A stretch of DNA of 40,822 nucleotides, from assembly GCA_964572385.1 (NCBI GenBank), contig CAZNFM010000035.1, forward strand, positions 1-40,822, read 5' to 3'. Both the position numbers and the translations under genes were made by a program. The first letter of the stretch is position 1; each line of letters opens with the position of its first letter. The notes beneath the pieces are model-generated. The model saw nothing but the letters and a program-made list of their open reading frames with translations, had not been told where the DNA came from and did no database searches. The stretch is from an uncultured Planctomycetaceae bacterium. Its GTDB lineage: Bacteria > Planctomycetota > Phycisphaerae > UBA1845 > UTPLA1. This document shows positions 9,967 through 19,288 of the stretch, piece after piece.

Positions 9967-10434
9967 TTAGGACGGAGTCTGCACGCCCATGCCGGCAAGC
10001 ATGTTCCGTAGGCCGTTGCCCAGTTCTTGCAGGTAATGCTCGAAAAACTCCTTGACGTCGTCGGGATCCGTCAAGTCATACTGCATCTCATCCACTCGTC
10101 CCGAAAAGGCCTCCGCCAGTGCCTGGAGGCTTTCCACCGACGGTGGATGCGATTCAAAATCATCAAATGAGACGTAGCCGTTGGACGACATGAAATCGAC
10201 GATGGCCTGGGCCTCCTCCGCGGTCAGAGCGATCTCAGGTACTCCGGTGAGGTTTGCCGCCGTTGAACTCAATAGCTGCCACTCGGCGGCCGTCAGAGTT
10301 CCCACCTGGTTACTGGCCAGTTTCCCGGCGGCGCTCGCTAACGTGAAAACCTCAAACGTGCCGCAACCGGCCGCACCGCCGCCCAGCGCCGCGATCAGCA
10401 GCATACAGACGGCCATTTTCGTTTTCTTGCCCAC
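9967..10434 (-). CDS. Lipoprotein of unknown function
   Basis: GTG start at 10434 with a strong SD (AAAGGAGGAGAAAGAC) upstream. Signal peptide plus lipobox (…AAGC). An alternative ATG lies at 10416. Confidence 0.65.
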   Translation of the reverse strand: MGKKTKMAVCMLLIAALGGGAAGCGTFEVFTLASAAGKLASNQVGTLTAAEWQLLSSTAANLTGVPEIALTAEEAQAIVDFMSSNGYVSFDDFESHPPSVESLQALAEAFSGRVDEMQYDLTDPDDVKEFFEHYLQELGNGLRNMLAGMGVQTPS

Positions 10435-10515
10435 GTCTTTCTCCTCCTTTCATTCGGTCTCAACACATGCTCAGATCAGTCGAGCCACATACCTCCAACG
10501 GCGATCGCGCTCGAA

Positions 10516-10785
10516 TCATGGAACGTTGAACGTCAGCAGGAACTGCACGAGTCGATCGCCCTCGGGGGTGTCCGGCGCTCCCACTGCCTCGCGGATTCGC
10601 TGCCGCTTCTGGTCCGTGGTCAAGGTGGAGTCGTTCTGGATGGCCTTGAGATCGGCGAGACTGAAACCTGGAATCGCGTTCAGCAGAGGACCTTGCAGAC
10701 GCTCCATCCCGCAGCCGGCCCCAGTCAGCAGCAGACCGATCGCCCACGCGATTACCTGAAGTCTGCACCAGTGTCGTTTGATCAT
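10516..10785 (-). CDS. Small lipoprotein (hypothetical, 89 aa)
   Basis: ATG start; signal peptide with lipobox LLTGAGC. Codon usage is consistent with the genome. Confidence 0.45.
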   Translation of the reverse strand: MIKRHWCRLQVIAWAIGLLLTGAGCGMERLQGPLLNAIPGFSLADLKAIQNDSTLTTDQKRQRIREAVGAPDTPEGDRLVQFLLTFNVP

Positions 10786-10956
10786 GGCTTTTCGCCTGCC
10801 CTCTCGGGTTGCCGGATGGCCGATACCCTGAAGTGCATCGGCTGACCCGCCGCGGACCCTTTAGCTGCGGCAGGAAGGCGAGCAGGGGGCGATAATTCCG
10901 GCTCGGACTGCTGTCGCGACGCCAAGAACCTCCCTGCGCAACAGCGTATGCGATGA

Positions 10957-11307
10957 TCAGGCTTCGATCTGCACGCTGGCCAGAGCGCTGCTGACGTCGT
11001 TGCAGCACTCGAAGATCTTGTCCAGTCCGGTGACGAGAAACACTCCCCACACTTCCGTTTTCAGCCCGCAGAGTCGCAACTTGCCAGGAGCGGCGGTATG
11101 GAGCAGTTTTCGGAGCTTGAGGAGCTTGGCGATGTTTGAGGAATTCAGGAAATGGACGTTGGAGAAATCCAGAACCACATCTGCGCCGCCGCGTTCCTGG
11201 ACAGTCTCCTGCAGCGTGTTGAGGTCGTCCGTGAATTGCGGGTCGTCTTGAAGTTCCGCAAGAATAATCCGGTCAGACCAGTCTTTGAGTGGCATAGTGC
11301 GACCCAT
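10957..11307 (-). CDS. STAS-domain anti-sigma-factor antagonist (SpoIIAA/RsbV-like)
   Basis: ~115 aa. STAS pattern with the phosphorylatable-Ser region (LDFSNVHFLNSSNIAKLLKL). Confidence 0.7.
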   Translation of the reverse strand: MGRTMPLKDWSDRIILAELQDDPQFTDDLNTLQETVQERGGADVVLDFSNVHFLNSSNIAKLLKLRKLLHTAAPGKLRLCGLKTEVWGVFLVTGLDKIFECCNDVSSALASVQIEA

Positions 11308-11364
11308 TCAGAGAGCGGCTCAGTAAGGCCCGCGATCCGACCCTAGCGGCAACCACCGCCGCTG

Positions 11365-11775
11365 TCAACCTCCGCTGTCGGAAATGCCGAACAGAAGGAA
11401 TGGCCGAATCCGCTGAACGGTACGTCGGCCGATTCCAGGCACCAGGTTGAGATCTCCCGGCCCCAGATAGGCGGTTTTTCCGCCATTCGGGCTATCATGC
11501 CGGCGTTCTCGGAATGCCACGATGTTGCGGGCGGTTTGCTCTCCCAGACCCGGCAATTGGGCTAGTTCGAACCATGCGGCGGTATTCGGATCCAAACCGA
11601 CCCGAACCGGCGGACGAGGAACGGCGGATCTGTCCTCGCCTGCGAAGTGGCCATTAATGGTGATCACCAAGCAGATCCCGGCTCCTACCGCCGCGAGAAC
11701 CGAGGCAGTCCGAGTACGACGGTCCGAAATGCCGGCCACTGGGTCCACAGGTTCCTGCCGCGTCCACGTACTCAT
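11365..11775 (-). CDS. comEA: ComEA-like helix-hairpin-helix DNA-binding membrane protein
   Basis: ATG at 11775 (AAGGG upstream). The longer track ORF to 11982 has an implausible N-terminus. TM segment, then tandem HhH motifs (ELAQLPGLGEQTARNIV…LNLVPGIGRRTVQRI). Confidence 0.65.
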   Translation of the reverse strand: MSTWTRQEPVDPVAGISDRRTRTASVLAAVGAGICLVITINGHFAGEDRSAVPRPPVRVGLDPNTAAWFELAQLPGLGEQTARNIVAFRERRHDSPNGGKTAYLGPGDLNLVPGIGRRTVQRIRPFLLFGISDSGG

Positions 11776-11980
11776 GAAGCCCTTATACCACGAATCATCG
11801 CGCCGGTAGAGATCGGACCCACGAGCCAACCTGGAATGGCTGGCCGTGTCTAGCCTTGTGCGACTACAGCAGAAGTCCGAGGCTGGTGGAAAGCCGCCCT
11901 GTGTTGCGTTGCCGTTGCTCCTTGTGCCAGCGAATCTTACAATCCAAGAACTCCGCCCGATAGACGGGCCGAAGCAGACC

Positions 11981-13426
11981 ATGAAACGCTTTCTCGCTCC
12001 ATCTGACGCCGCTTCAACCGCCCCACAAGGCAGCCCCGTTGCCTGGTGGACGGCTTATGAGTCGTTGATCAAGGCGGCGATCGTGGCGGGGGCGGCGATC
12101 ATGTTGGCCTTCATCGTCGCCAGCGGGAAACTAGGCGGCCGGCATGGGGGGCTGCCGAGTTCGCTTGCCGGCCGCGTTTTCTGGCTCGCGATGTTCGCCT
12201 ACGCCGGGGTGATGTACGCTGCCTTGTTCTGGCGGATCGCCCTGTGGCTGCGGTATCGACCGATGCCTTCGGTCGCCGATCACGAATTGCCGAGTGTATC
12301 CGTCATCATTCCCGCCTACAACGAAGGGGCCGCGGTTCAGGCGGCGATTCGCTCTGCCGCTGCCAGCCGCTATCCCCGTGAGCGGCTGGAGATCATCGTG
12401 GTTGACGACGGTAGCGAGGACGACACCTGGCGGCACATTCAGGCTGTTGCCGCCGAACTAAGTGGGCAGGTCAGCCTCCAGACCATTCGCTTACCCGTCA
12501 ACCGCGGCAAGCGACACGCGCTGGCCGTGGGTTTCGATCGGGCCGGCGGCGAGGTGTTCGTCACTGTTGATTCCGACAGCGTGCTCGGCGCGGACGCCCT
12601 GCGGAACGCCGTGACGCCGCTTGTGCTCGATCCTGCCATCGGCGGCGTGGCCGGTTGCGTCGAGGTGCTGAACCCTCGAGAGAGTGTCGTAACGCGTTTT
12701 CTCAAGTGCACCTTCAGCATGTCCTTCAAGTTCGTGCGGGCCTACCAGAATGAATTTCGCGGCGTCTTCTGCACGCCGGGCGCCTTAAGCGTCTATCGTG
12801 CGGAGGCCGTTCGTCGCCTCAAAGGCGAGTGGCTGAACCAGCAGTTTCTCGGCCGGCCCTGCCTGACGGGCGAGGACCGGGCGATGACTAATCTATTGCT
12901 CCGCGAGGGGTGGTTGACCGCATATCAGGGCAACGCCGTCGTGTATTCCCGCATGCCCGCCGACTACGCGGGGCTTACGCGGATGTTCCTCCGGTGGGCG
13001 CGGAGCAACATCCGGGAAACCGTCTTTCTGTTCCGGTTCCTGTTCACGCGGTTTCGGTCGCGACACCTGACTGCCTTCCGTGCCAACATGCTTCTCGTCA
13101 CGCTGGCGATGATCGTGCCGGCGCTGTTGATCTTCAATAGCACCGCGCTGCTGCTGACCAACAACGACTTCCTGTTGCGGCATCTGGGCGTGGTGATTCT
13201 CTACGCCGCGACCACATCGATCATCTATTACCGCAACGAAAAGGACAGCGACTGGGTCTGGCTTTTTGTATATGGCTTCTTTTGGGTGCCCTGCGTGTCC
13301 TGGATCATGCCCTATGCGGCGCTGACGCTCCGCAACACGGGTTGGCTGACCCGACGCCTCCCTTATCCGCGCGTGCAGAGCCGCGATCCCGCCACCCTCC
13401 ACCCGGCGGGAGCGTCGCCGGCCTGA
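11981..13426 (+). CDS. Membrane-embedded processive family-2 glycosyltransferase (NodC/hyaluronan/chitin-synthase-like)
   Basis: GT2 motifs: SVIIPAYNE, DDGSED, VDSDS (DxD), GEDRAMT (G-E-D-R), FLRWARS (QxxRW-like), flanked by N- and C-terminal TM helices. First ATG is at 11981; the track start at GTG 11846 would overlap the divergent comEA promoter region. Confidence 0.85.
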   Translation: MKRFLAPSDAASTAPQGSPVAWWTAYESLIKAAIVAGAAIMLAFIVASGKLGGRHGGLPSSLAGRVFWLAMFAYAGVMYAALFWRIALWLRYRPMPSVADHELPSVSVIIPAYNEGAAVQAAIRSAAASRYPRERLEIIVVDDGSEDDTWRHIQAVAAELSGQVSLQTIRLPVNRGKRHALAVGFDRAGGEVFVTVDSDSVLGADALRNAVTPLVLDPAIGGVAGCVEVLNPRESVVTRFLKCTFSMSFKFVRAYQNEFRGVFCTPGALSVYRAEAVRRLKGEWLNQQFLGRPCLTGEDRAMTNLLLREGWLTAYQGNAVVYSRMPADYAGLTRMFLRWARSNIRETVFLFRFLFTRFRSRHLTAFRANMLLVTLAMIVPALLIFNSTALLLTNNDFLLRHLGVVILYAATTSIIYYRNEKDSDWVWLFVYGFFWVPCVSWIMPYAALTLRNTGWLTRRLPYPRVQSRDPATLHPAGASPA

Positions 13427-13456
13427 CATGGCCGGCCCTGGGCGGGCTGGTAGGGT

Positions 13457-14821
13457 TTATGCCTTGCGCACCACAGGCGGGGGAGTCGGCTGCGGAGGGC
13501 TGGCAGACTGCTGAGCGGCGTCGCCCGCGAGGTTACCTGCGATGCTGCGGGTCAGGTGCCGCAGATCGACTCCTAGCACGCTTTCCAACGTGGCCAGCGA
13601 TTCCGCGAGCATCTTGGCTCGACTGAGGGCCGCGCCGGCCACCGCCTGACCGTCCCCGCTGTCGATGACCGTCACATTGCCCAGCCGAACCGTCTGCACG
13701 CTCTTGGCCACCTCGCCGACGACGGACGGCAGCATCTCCACCAGCATGACCTTGAGGGCATCGGGGTACTTCTGGATCGCCTGACCAATCGTTTCGATGG
13801 CGGCGGCGCGAGCCTTGCCTTCCTCAAGGACGGAAGCGGCGTCGCCTTCGGCCTTGGCGCGAGCCACGTCGCGATCCGCGATGGCCTTCTGCACTTCGGA
13901 TGCACGCAAGCGGGCGCCTTCGGCCTTGGCGGCGGCTTCCTGCTGCTCGGCTTCCTTGAGTGCAGCTTCGCGAGCCAGTTCCGCACGTCGGATCCGCAAG
14001 GCGTTCTCCGCCTCGGCGATGGCTTTCTCGGCCGCCAAGCGGGCCTGTTCGGCGCGCTGGTTGGCGGCGGCTTCGGTGGTCTTGGCTTCCGCGTCGCGGT
14101 TCGCCTTGGCCTGTCGCGCCGCGGCTGCGGCCTCGGCTTCCTTGACCGCCGCCTCGGCAGCTCGTTCCGCCTCGGCCTTGCGGGCCTGGGCCAGCACCTC
14201 GGCCCGGGCCTTGCGGGCGATCGAGACGAGGTACTGTTCCTCGTCGTGAACGTTCTGGATATTCACGCTGTCGATGAGCAGGCCGAGCTTACGGAAGTCG
14301 TCCGACACCTCGTTCATGACCGTGGCGACGAACTTATCGCGGTCTTCGACGATCTCCTCCGGCCGCATCTTGCCGATGACCGCGCGCAAGCCGCCTTCCA
14401 GCGTCTCTCGCGCCACCCGCTGAATCTCCTGCGGGGGGTGACCAAGAAACCGCTCAATGGCGTTGGGCCGCAGCGCGGGATCGGAGGAGATCTTCACGTT
14501 GGCCACGCCGTTGATGTTGATCGGCAGCATCGTCCCACCGCCGGATTGGGCCTTGACCTCCAGGCCGACCTGCATATTGCGCAGGCCCAGACGCTCCACT
14601 TTCTCGAAGATCGGGATGACGCAGGTCCGCCCGCCGATCAGCACGCGATAGCCCTGGCCCTCGCGGTTTCGCTTGCCGCTGATGATCAGCATCTCGCTGG
14701 GATTGCCAACCACCGTCAACTTGGCGATGACGATCACTACGAAGAGAAACAAGAATAACAGGAGAACGCCGATGGCGACTCCAGTGCTCCAGCCATCGGC
14801 CAGGATGGGGAATGTGCTCAC
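13457..14821 (-). CDS. Flotillin-like SPFH/band-7 protein (FloT/YuaG-like) with a long Ala/Glu-rich coiled-coil
   Basis: N-terminal TM, SPFH core (LLIDSVNIQNVHDEEQYL), then the EA-rich flotillin repeat. GTG start forms a GTGA overlap with the nfeD stop. Confidence 0.9.
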   Translation of the reverse strand: MSTFPILADGWSTGVAIGVLLLFLFLFVVIVIAKLTVVGNPSEMLIISGKRNREGQGYRVLIGGRTCVIPIFEKVERLGLRNMQVGLEVKAQSGGGTMLPININGVANVKISSDPALRPNAIERFLGHPPQEIQRVARETLEGGLRAVIGKMRPEEIVEDRDKFVATVMNEVSDDFRKLGLLIDSVNIQNVHDEEQYLVSIARKARAEVLAQARKAEAERAAEAAVKEAEAAAAARQAKANRDAEAKTTEAAANQRAEQARLAAEKAIAEAENALRIRRAELAREAALKEAEQQEAAAKAEGARLRASEVQKAIADRDVARAKAEGDAASVLEEGKARAAAIETIGQAIQKYPDALKVMLVEMLPSVVGEVAKSVQTVRLGNVTVIDSGDGQAVAGAALSRAKMLAESLATLESVLGVDLRHLTRSIAGNLAGDAAQQSASPPQPTPPPVVRKA

Positions 14822-15507
14822 GCTGACTCTCCTTCCTTAGTGCTGTCTAGAAACCGAGCTTCCTCCAGGGAGACCACTTCGGCGACACCGTTCCGGTAAT
14901 CCATCACCATGACCTCGTGACCTACCGGGAAGCTGATATCTGCGTGCCGCGACGCCGCAGGCACGAACCGCTGCCCGCCTCTGACATCGATAGAAACTTC
15001 CCCTTGCTGCGGAGGACAAATGCTGATCGTGACCTTGCCGACTCGGTTCAGATAGTCTTTCGCCTCTGGAGCGCTGTTGCCTTCGGTGCGACGGAGTCGC
15101 CGAAACGCCTGATGTACGATTTGCCCGACCGTGACACCGCCGACGGCCGAGACCGCCAGCGTCCAGCGTTCGCTCAGATCGCTCAGATTGCTGAGGATCA
15201 CGCCAAGTGTGCCGAACGCCGCTGCGAAGAAGAAGACAAAGCGTAGGGAGAGCCAGGTGCTCAAGGAAGACAGGCCGCCCCCGTGATGCAGGTCGCCCAC
15301 GGAAGCGTCCCCGGCATGGCCGATATCCGCCTCAACCCCGCCGGCGTCGACTTCCACGGAGGCGTCACCACCGGCGTGGGAGTCGGCGAAGGCGGAAACC
15401 AGCAGGACACCCAGCCCGAAGATGGCGCAAGCCCAGTACACCGTAGTCAGGGTCGAACTGCTGGCAACCAATGCTGCCAGGGCTTCGGTCATGTCGATGG
15501 CGGACAT
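14818..15507 (-). CDS. NfeD-family membrane protein (YuaF-like), flotillin partner
   Basis: ATG with a strong SD (CCAGGAGGCCTACC). TM region followed by a C-terminal OB-fold-like beta domain (RVGKVTISICPPQQGEVSIDVRGGQRFVPAAS). 4-nt overlap with the flotillin gene, the canonical nfeD-floT operon. Confidence 0.8.
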   Translation of the reverse strand: MSAIDMTEALAALVASSSTLTTVYWACAIFGLGVLLVSAFADSHAGGDASVEVDAGGVEADIGHAGDASVGDLHHGGGLSSLSTWLSLRFVFFFAAAFGTLGVILSNLSDLSERWTLAVSAVGGVTVGQIVHQAFRRLRRTEGNSAPEAKDYLNRVGKVTISICPPQQGEVSIDVRGGQRFVPAASRHADISFPVGHEVMVMDYRNGVAEVVSLEEARFLDSTKEGESA

Positions 15508-15701
15508 GGTAGGCCTCCTGGATTCTGCTGGCCCGCTAGGCTCGCGGGAAAGATCATGACAGACAGCCGAAACTTACTCTATCATGCTCAACGGAAACTG
15601 CCTACTCGAATTTTGCGCAATTTGTATAACCCCTGGCCGAAGCACTACCGCGGCCGCCGACAGCCGGGGGGGCAAAACATCGATTGGAAAAGGGTGATAC
15701 A

Positions 15702-17372
15702 ATGCTGCTTCGGTTCTGTCGGCAGGTGGTTTATACGGGGCTGTGGGCCTTCATCTGCACCTCACCAATGTTGATGGCTGCTCCCGGAGATATCAAAACG
15801 TCGGTGCCATTGCCTTGCCGCTATCCGGGAGGACTGGCCACCGATGGTCGGCACTTCTTCGTGGCCGATTGGCGGGAGGCCCTCATTTACCAGATGGCTC
15901 CTGATGGGCAGGTCCGCCGAACCTGGCCGGCACCCACCCTAAAGCCACAGGGATTGACCTACGGCGCCGGGAGACTGTTCATTTCCGACGACCACACCGG
16001 CTGGATCTACGCGATGAATCCGGCAGATGGGATTGTCGAACGCAACTTCGAAGGCCCCGGCCCCAATGTCGTCGGACTCGCTTTCAGCGACGAAGGACTG
16101 TTCCTGATGGAGCAGAAGTCCGGCCAGATCTTCCTGGTGGACACCGACAATGGGACCATTCTTCGAACGTTCGAGGCCCCGAACCGCACCTGCGGCGGCC
16201 TGGCGTTCGATGGCCGCTACCTCTGGGCTGCCGACCGGGTCAAGGACGAGATTTACCTCGTTGATCCGGTCCGGGGAGTCGTGCTGGGCATCGTCGCGTC
16301 TCCGGCGGCTTATCCGGCTGGCTTGGCCTGGCTTGACGGCTACCTCTGGAATAATGATTTCCAGACGCGGCAAATATATCAAATCGTCGTCCGCGATCCG
16401 CAGAAGTATCGCCTGGCCGATTCCCGTGAAGCGCGGGTCGAGTTTCTCTGGGGTCTCTACAACTACGGCCCGGGCGAGGTACGCGACCTTCGCCTGCACC
16501 TCGCGATACCCCGATCCTGGCCGCAGCAGGAGCTGCTGTCGCCGGTGGAGTACTCGAAGTCCCCAATCGGCGTTCGGCCGGATCGCTGGCAGCAGCCGTC
16601 CGCGGAGTTTCGCGTCGAGAGCCTCGCCGCCGGCCGGCGGGAGCTGTTCGGCTACACCATCGCGGCACGGATCTCCTCCATACGCTATCTGATCTTCCCC
16701 GACGAGGTTGGCTCGCTCTCGGAGATTCCGCCCGACCTGCATAAGGCTTACACAGCCGACGGTCCCCGCTATCGCCTGGATTCTCCTTACCTTCGGGAAA
16801 CGGTGGCGCGGGTTGTGGGCGAAGAGAAGAACCCGTACTGGATCGCCCGAAAGCTGTATGACTTCGTGATCGAACGCTTGGAATACGAGATGGTCGGAGG
16901 GTGGGATGTGCCCGAGGTCGTCCTTCAGCGGGGTCGCGGCTCCTGCTCCGAGTACACGTTCTCTTTCATCGCCCTCTGCCGCGCGGCCGGCTTACCCGCC
17001 CAGTACGAAGGCGGCCTCGTGGTCCGCGGCGATGAGGCCAGCGTGGACGAGGCGTTCCACAGATGGGCCTTGGTGTACCTGCCGGGTTACGGCTGGGTGC
17101 CCGTGGACGCCAACCGCGGTGATGCTCCGATTCCTGCTGATCGGGCGAGAGGGTTTGGCGAGTTGTCCAACCGATTTCTGGTTACGATGCGCGGGGGCGG
17201 AGATTCCGAGAACCTCGGGTGGGACTATACGAGCTTCGCTCGGTACCGTACAACAGGTTACTGCAAGCTGGAGGAGGAGCGGCTGGCGTTGTGGGAGCCG
17301 CTGACTGCCACGACGCAGCCGGCTTCCGCGCCATCGCCAGGGAACAAGCCGGGGGAATGCCGCGTTCCGTGA
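15702..17372 (+). CDS. Secreted fusion protein: glutamine-cyclotransferase-like beta-propeller + transglutaminase-like cysteine protease domain
   Basis: First ATG at 15702 (the track start 15684 is TTG). Signal peptide MLLRFCRQVVYTGLWAFICTSPMLMAAPG. The N-terminal ~250 aa have plant/bacterial-type glutaminyl-cyclase propeller motifs (PQGLTYGAG, GLATDG, GLAWLDGYLW). The C-terminal has a transglutaminase-like core (GRGSCSEYTFSFIALCRAAGLPAQYEGG … WALVYLPGYGWVPVDANRGD; Cys-His-Asp). Confidence 0.8.
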   Translation: MLLRFCRQVVYTGLWAFICTSPMLMAAPGDIKTSVPLPCRYPGGLATDGRHFFVADWREALIYQMAPDGQVRRTWPAPTLKPQGLTYGAGRLFISDDHTGWIYAMNPADGIVERNFEGPGPNVVGLAFSDEGLFLMEQKSGQIFLVDTDNGTILRTFEAPNRTCGGLAFDGRYLWAADRVKDEIYLVDPVRGVVLGIVASPAAYPAGLAWLDGYLWNNDFQTRQIYQIVVRDPQKYRLADSREARVEFLWGLYNYGPGEVRDLRLHLAIPRSWPQQELLSPVEYSKSPIGVRPDRWQQPSAEFRVESLAAGRRELFGYTIAARISSIRYLIFPDEVGSLSEIPPDLHKAYTADGPRYRLDSPYLRETVARVVGEEKNPYWIARKLYDFVIERLEYEMVGGWDVPEVVLQRGRGSCSEYTFSFIALCRAAGLPAQYEGGLVVRGDEASVDEAFHRWALVYLPGYGWVPVDANRGDAPIPADRARGFGELSNRFLVTMRGGGDSENLGWDYTSFARYRTTGYCKLEEERLALWEPLTATTQPASAPSPGNKPGECRVP

Positions 17373-17439
17373 CCGACGGTGGCCGGTTCCCTTGACGGTC
17401 GGACTTGCCGAACTCGAGGCGAGCACGGTCACTGCCCAT

Positions 17440-18099
17440 CTACTGGCGACGAAAAACGTATCCGCCCTTGGTCGCTCCCCAGACCTGGCGGCCTTCCGCA
17501 TCGTAACCGCGGTCCCAGGTGATGAGCTCGTCCGGCGTGACGGTGGCTTCCGAGGTGGCGTACGCCGCTCCGCGCAGCGTGCTGGCGCAGTCTTGTCCCG
17601 CCGTGCGGCCCACAAAGCATTTTGCCGCGGTTCGCCGTAGGATCAGTGAACAGCCCTCTCGCAGAATCAGTTGGTCGGGCGTTAAGCGGTCCAAAATGCT
17701 CGGATCCCGCCAGGCTCCGGCAAACCGTAGCGGATCTCCGGGCAGCTCGTAAACAATGCTCTCGATGGTTCCGTCACTCCGGGGGCAAAGGCGGTATACC
17801 CGCTGCCGGTAAGGTTGGTCGAGCTTTTCCGCGGCAGCCTGTTCCACATAGATCCACGGCCCGTCCGTGCGAGCAGGCCAGATCGGCATCATGTGGAGCC
17901 GTATGTCAAAGAAGTTCTCCGGGTCGGCTTGGTGCTGGGCGGCGCTGCTGAATGAGCCGCACAGCCAGGCAGCCAATAATCGGCAGTCATCTTCCGCCGG
18001 CTTGGGGGACCGCGACGAGGTCGGCTGAGCAACGCGGCAGCCGCACAGCAGCACCGTGCTGAGCATGATGAAGCGAGCCACTCGATGACGGCAAAACAT
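17440..18099 (-). CDS. CpcT/CpeT-like (DUF1001) lipoprotein; bilin-lyase-family fold in a non-phycobilisome context
   Basis: ATG 18099 with GGAGAA SD. Lipoprotein signal (…VLLCGC). Family motif LAAWLCGSFSSAAQHQADPENFFDIRLHMMPIW…GPWIYVEQ…PYRQRVYRL. Confidence 0.6.
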   Translation of the reverse strand: MFCRHRVARFIMLSTVLLCGCRVAQPTSSRSPKPAEDDCRLLAAWLCGSFSSAAQHQADPENFFDIRLHMMPIWPARTDGPWIYVEQAAAEKLDQPYRQRVYRLCPRSDGTIESIVYELPGDPLRFAGAWRDPSILDRLTPDQLILREGCSLILRRTAAKCFVGRTAGQDCASTLRGAAYATSEATVTPDELITWDRGYDAEGRQVWGATKGGYVFRRQ

Positions 18100-18427
18100 A
18101 GATTTCTCCGCTGTGCCCCTGGGATTCGGCTCAAGGGCGATTCGCATCGTACCCGCCGCATCCGGCGCGGCCAATGGATGGCTAACGGCCATGTCTGTCG
18201 GGAGCCGCAGTCGACAGGATCCGGACGGAACAACGACCCTTCGCCCGCACCCGTGATCTGCTACCGGCTTATGGTCCAGTTCTTGCGAGAGCCGGGACCA
18301 TGTGCAGGTTCACGTTCTGTTTCCTCATTTCTTGCAGCAGTGAGAATAAGCCGGGAGTTCGGGGGGCAGCGGTCCACGGATCGGCATTGGCCGGCGAACG
18401 TCGCCTGCGGCTCACTCGGCGGGTTGA

Positions 18428-19162
18428 TTACCGCGCTGGGGCCGGGGCCTGCTCGTCGATCACCTCAACCGGAACCTGCACCTCTCCGAACTTCAGGAAA
18501 CCGGGAACGAATGGACTGTTGTAAGCCAGATACCTTGGGGAGCCGGCGACCTTGAAACGCGGGGGATTCTGCTTCAACCAGGCCTCGATCTGTCGGAGGC
18601 CGTGGGACAGGTTTCTCGCCGTGTAGCCGCCGCGCACGCCGACGGACAAAACCATCATGGAAGGCAAATCTGCGACCTCCACTCGAGGGTCCGCCGGATC
18701 GGGCCCAACCCTACCGAGAGAAGGCTCTCGATACAGGAAAGCCATAGCCTGGGCTCGCGGCTCGTGTTGATCCAGCGGTTCCGCGGCCGCTTCGTCCCCT
18801 AGCGTGGCAGCATACTTGATCTCCACCGGAGCGGTCATGGCAATCTCATGGCGTTGAATGTGCTGAAAAAGGGGGCGAAACATGTCGTTCGGATCACCGC
18901 CGCCGCCATCGGCCGTGCGGACTCGCGCGAAGCGGTATGACGGGTAACTCTTGAGGACGACCTGCCCGACCGGTCCCGCCGGCGGAAAGCCATCCGGAAG
19001 CGGAGCTTCACGAAAAAGAAACGGCGGCTTCGGCTGCCTGCCTGGCGAGGTTACCGCAGTGTCTCCTTGCGGCGAGTTCATCAGGCCGCGGGTGCCCTCG
19101 TGTTGACAGCCATAAGCCGCCAGGCCGGCAATTGCCGCGATCATGCACCAAATCCAAGGCAT
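18428..19162 (-). CDS. SOUL/HBP heme-binding family lipoprotein
   Basis: ATG with GAGGGAA SD. Lipobox (LAAYGC). SOUL-type C-terminal region (…RYLAYNSPFVPGFLKFGEVQVPV). Confidence 0.7.
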   Translation of the reverse strand: MPWIWCMIAAIAGLAAYGCQHEGTRGLMNSPQGDTAVTSPGRQPKPPFLFREAPLPDGFPPAGPVGQVVLKSYPSYRFARVRTADGGGGDPNDMFRPLFQHIQRHEIAMTAPVEIKYAATLGDEAAAEPLDQHEPRAQAMAFLYREPSLGRVGPDPADPRVEVADLPSMMVLSVGVRGGYTARNLSHGLRQIEAWLKQNPPRFKVAGSPRYLAYNSPFVPGFLKFGEVQVPVEVIDEQAPAPAR

Positions 19163-19288
19163 CGTGATTCCCTCATTTTAGGGTTTGGGAACAGGCAGAC
19201 CCTCCCCAAGCCAATCTGGCCGGTTGCGGGAGCATAGTCCTGCTGCTTGGGTTTCGCTGCGAGGGTGTCTGCTGCCGTGGCGGAGTCG

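Noticed and set aside
13797-14249. 150-aa Ala/Ser/Arg-rich ORF and the repetitive GCGGC/GCCGC-type sequence inside the flotillin gene. Considered as a possible repeat element or CRISPR-like array.
   Set aside because: It is the antisense strand of the flotillin Ala/Glu-rich coiled-coil region. The periodicity reflects codon repetition (GCC/GAG), not spaced direct repeats.
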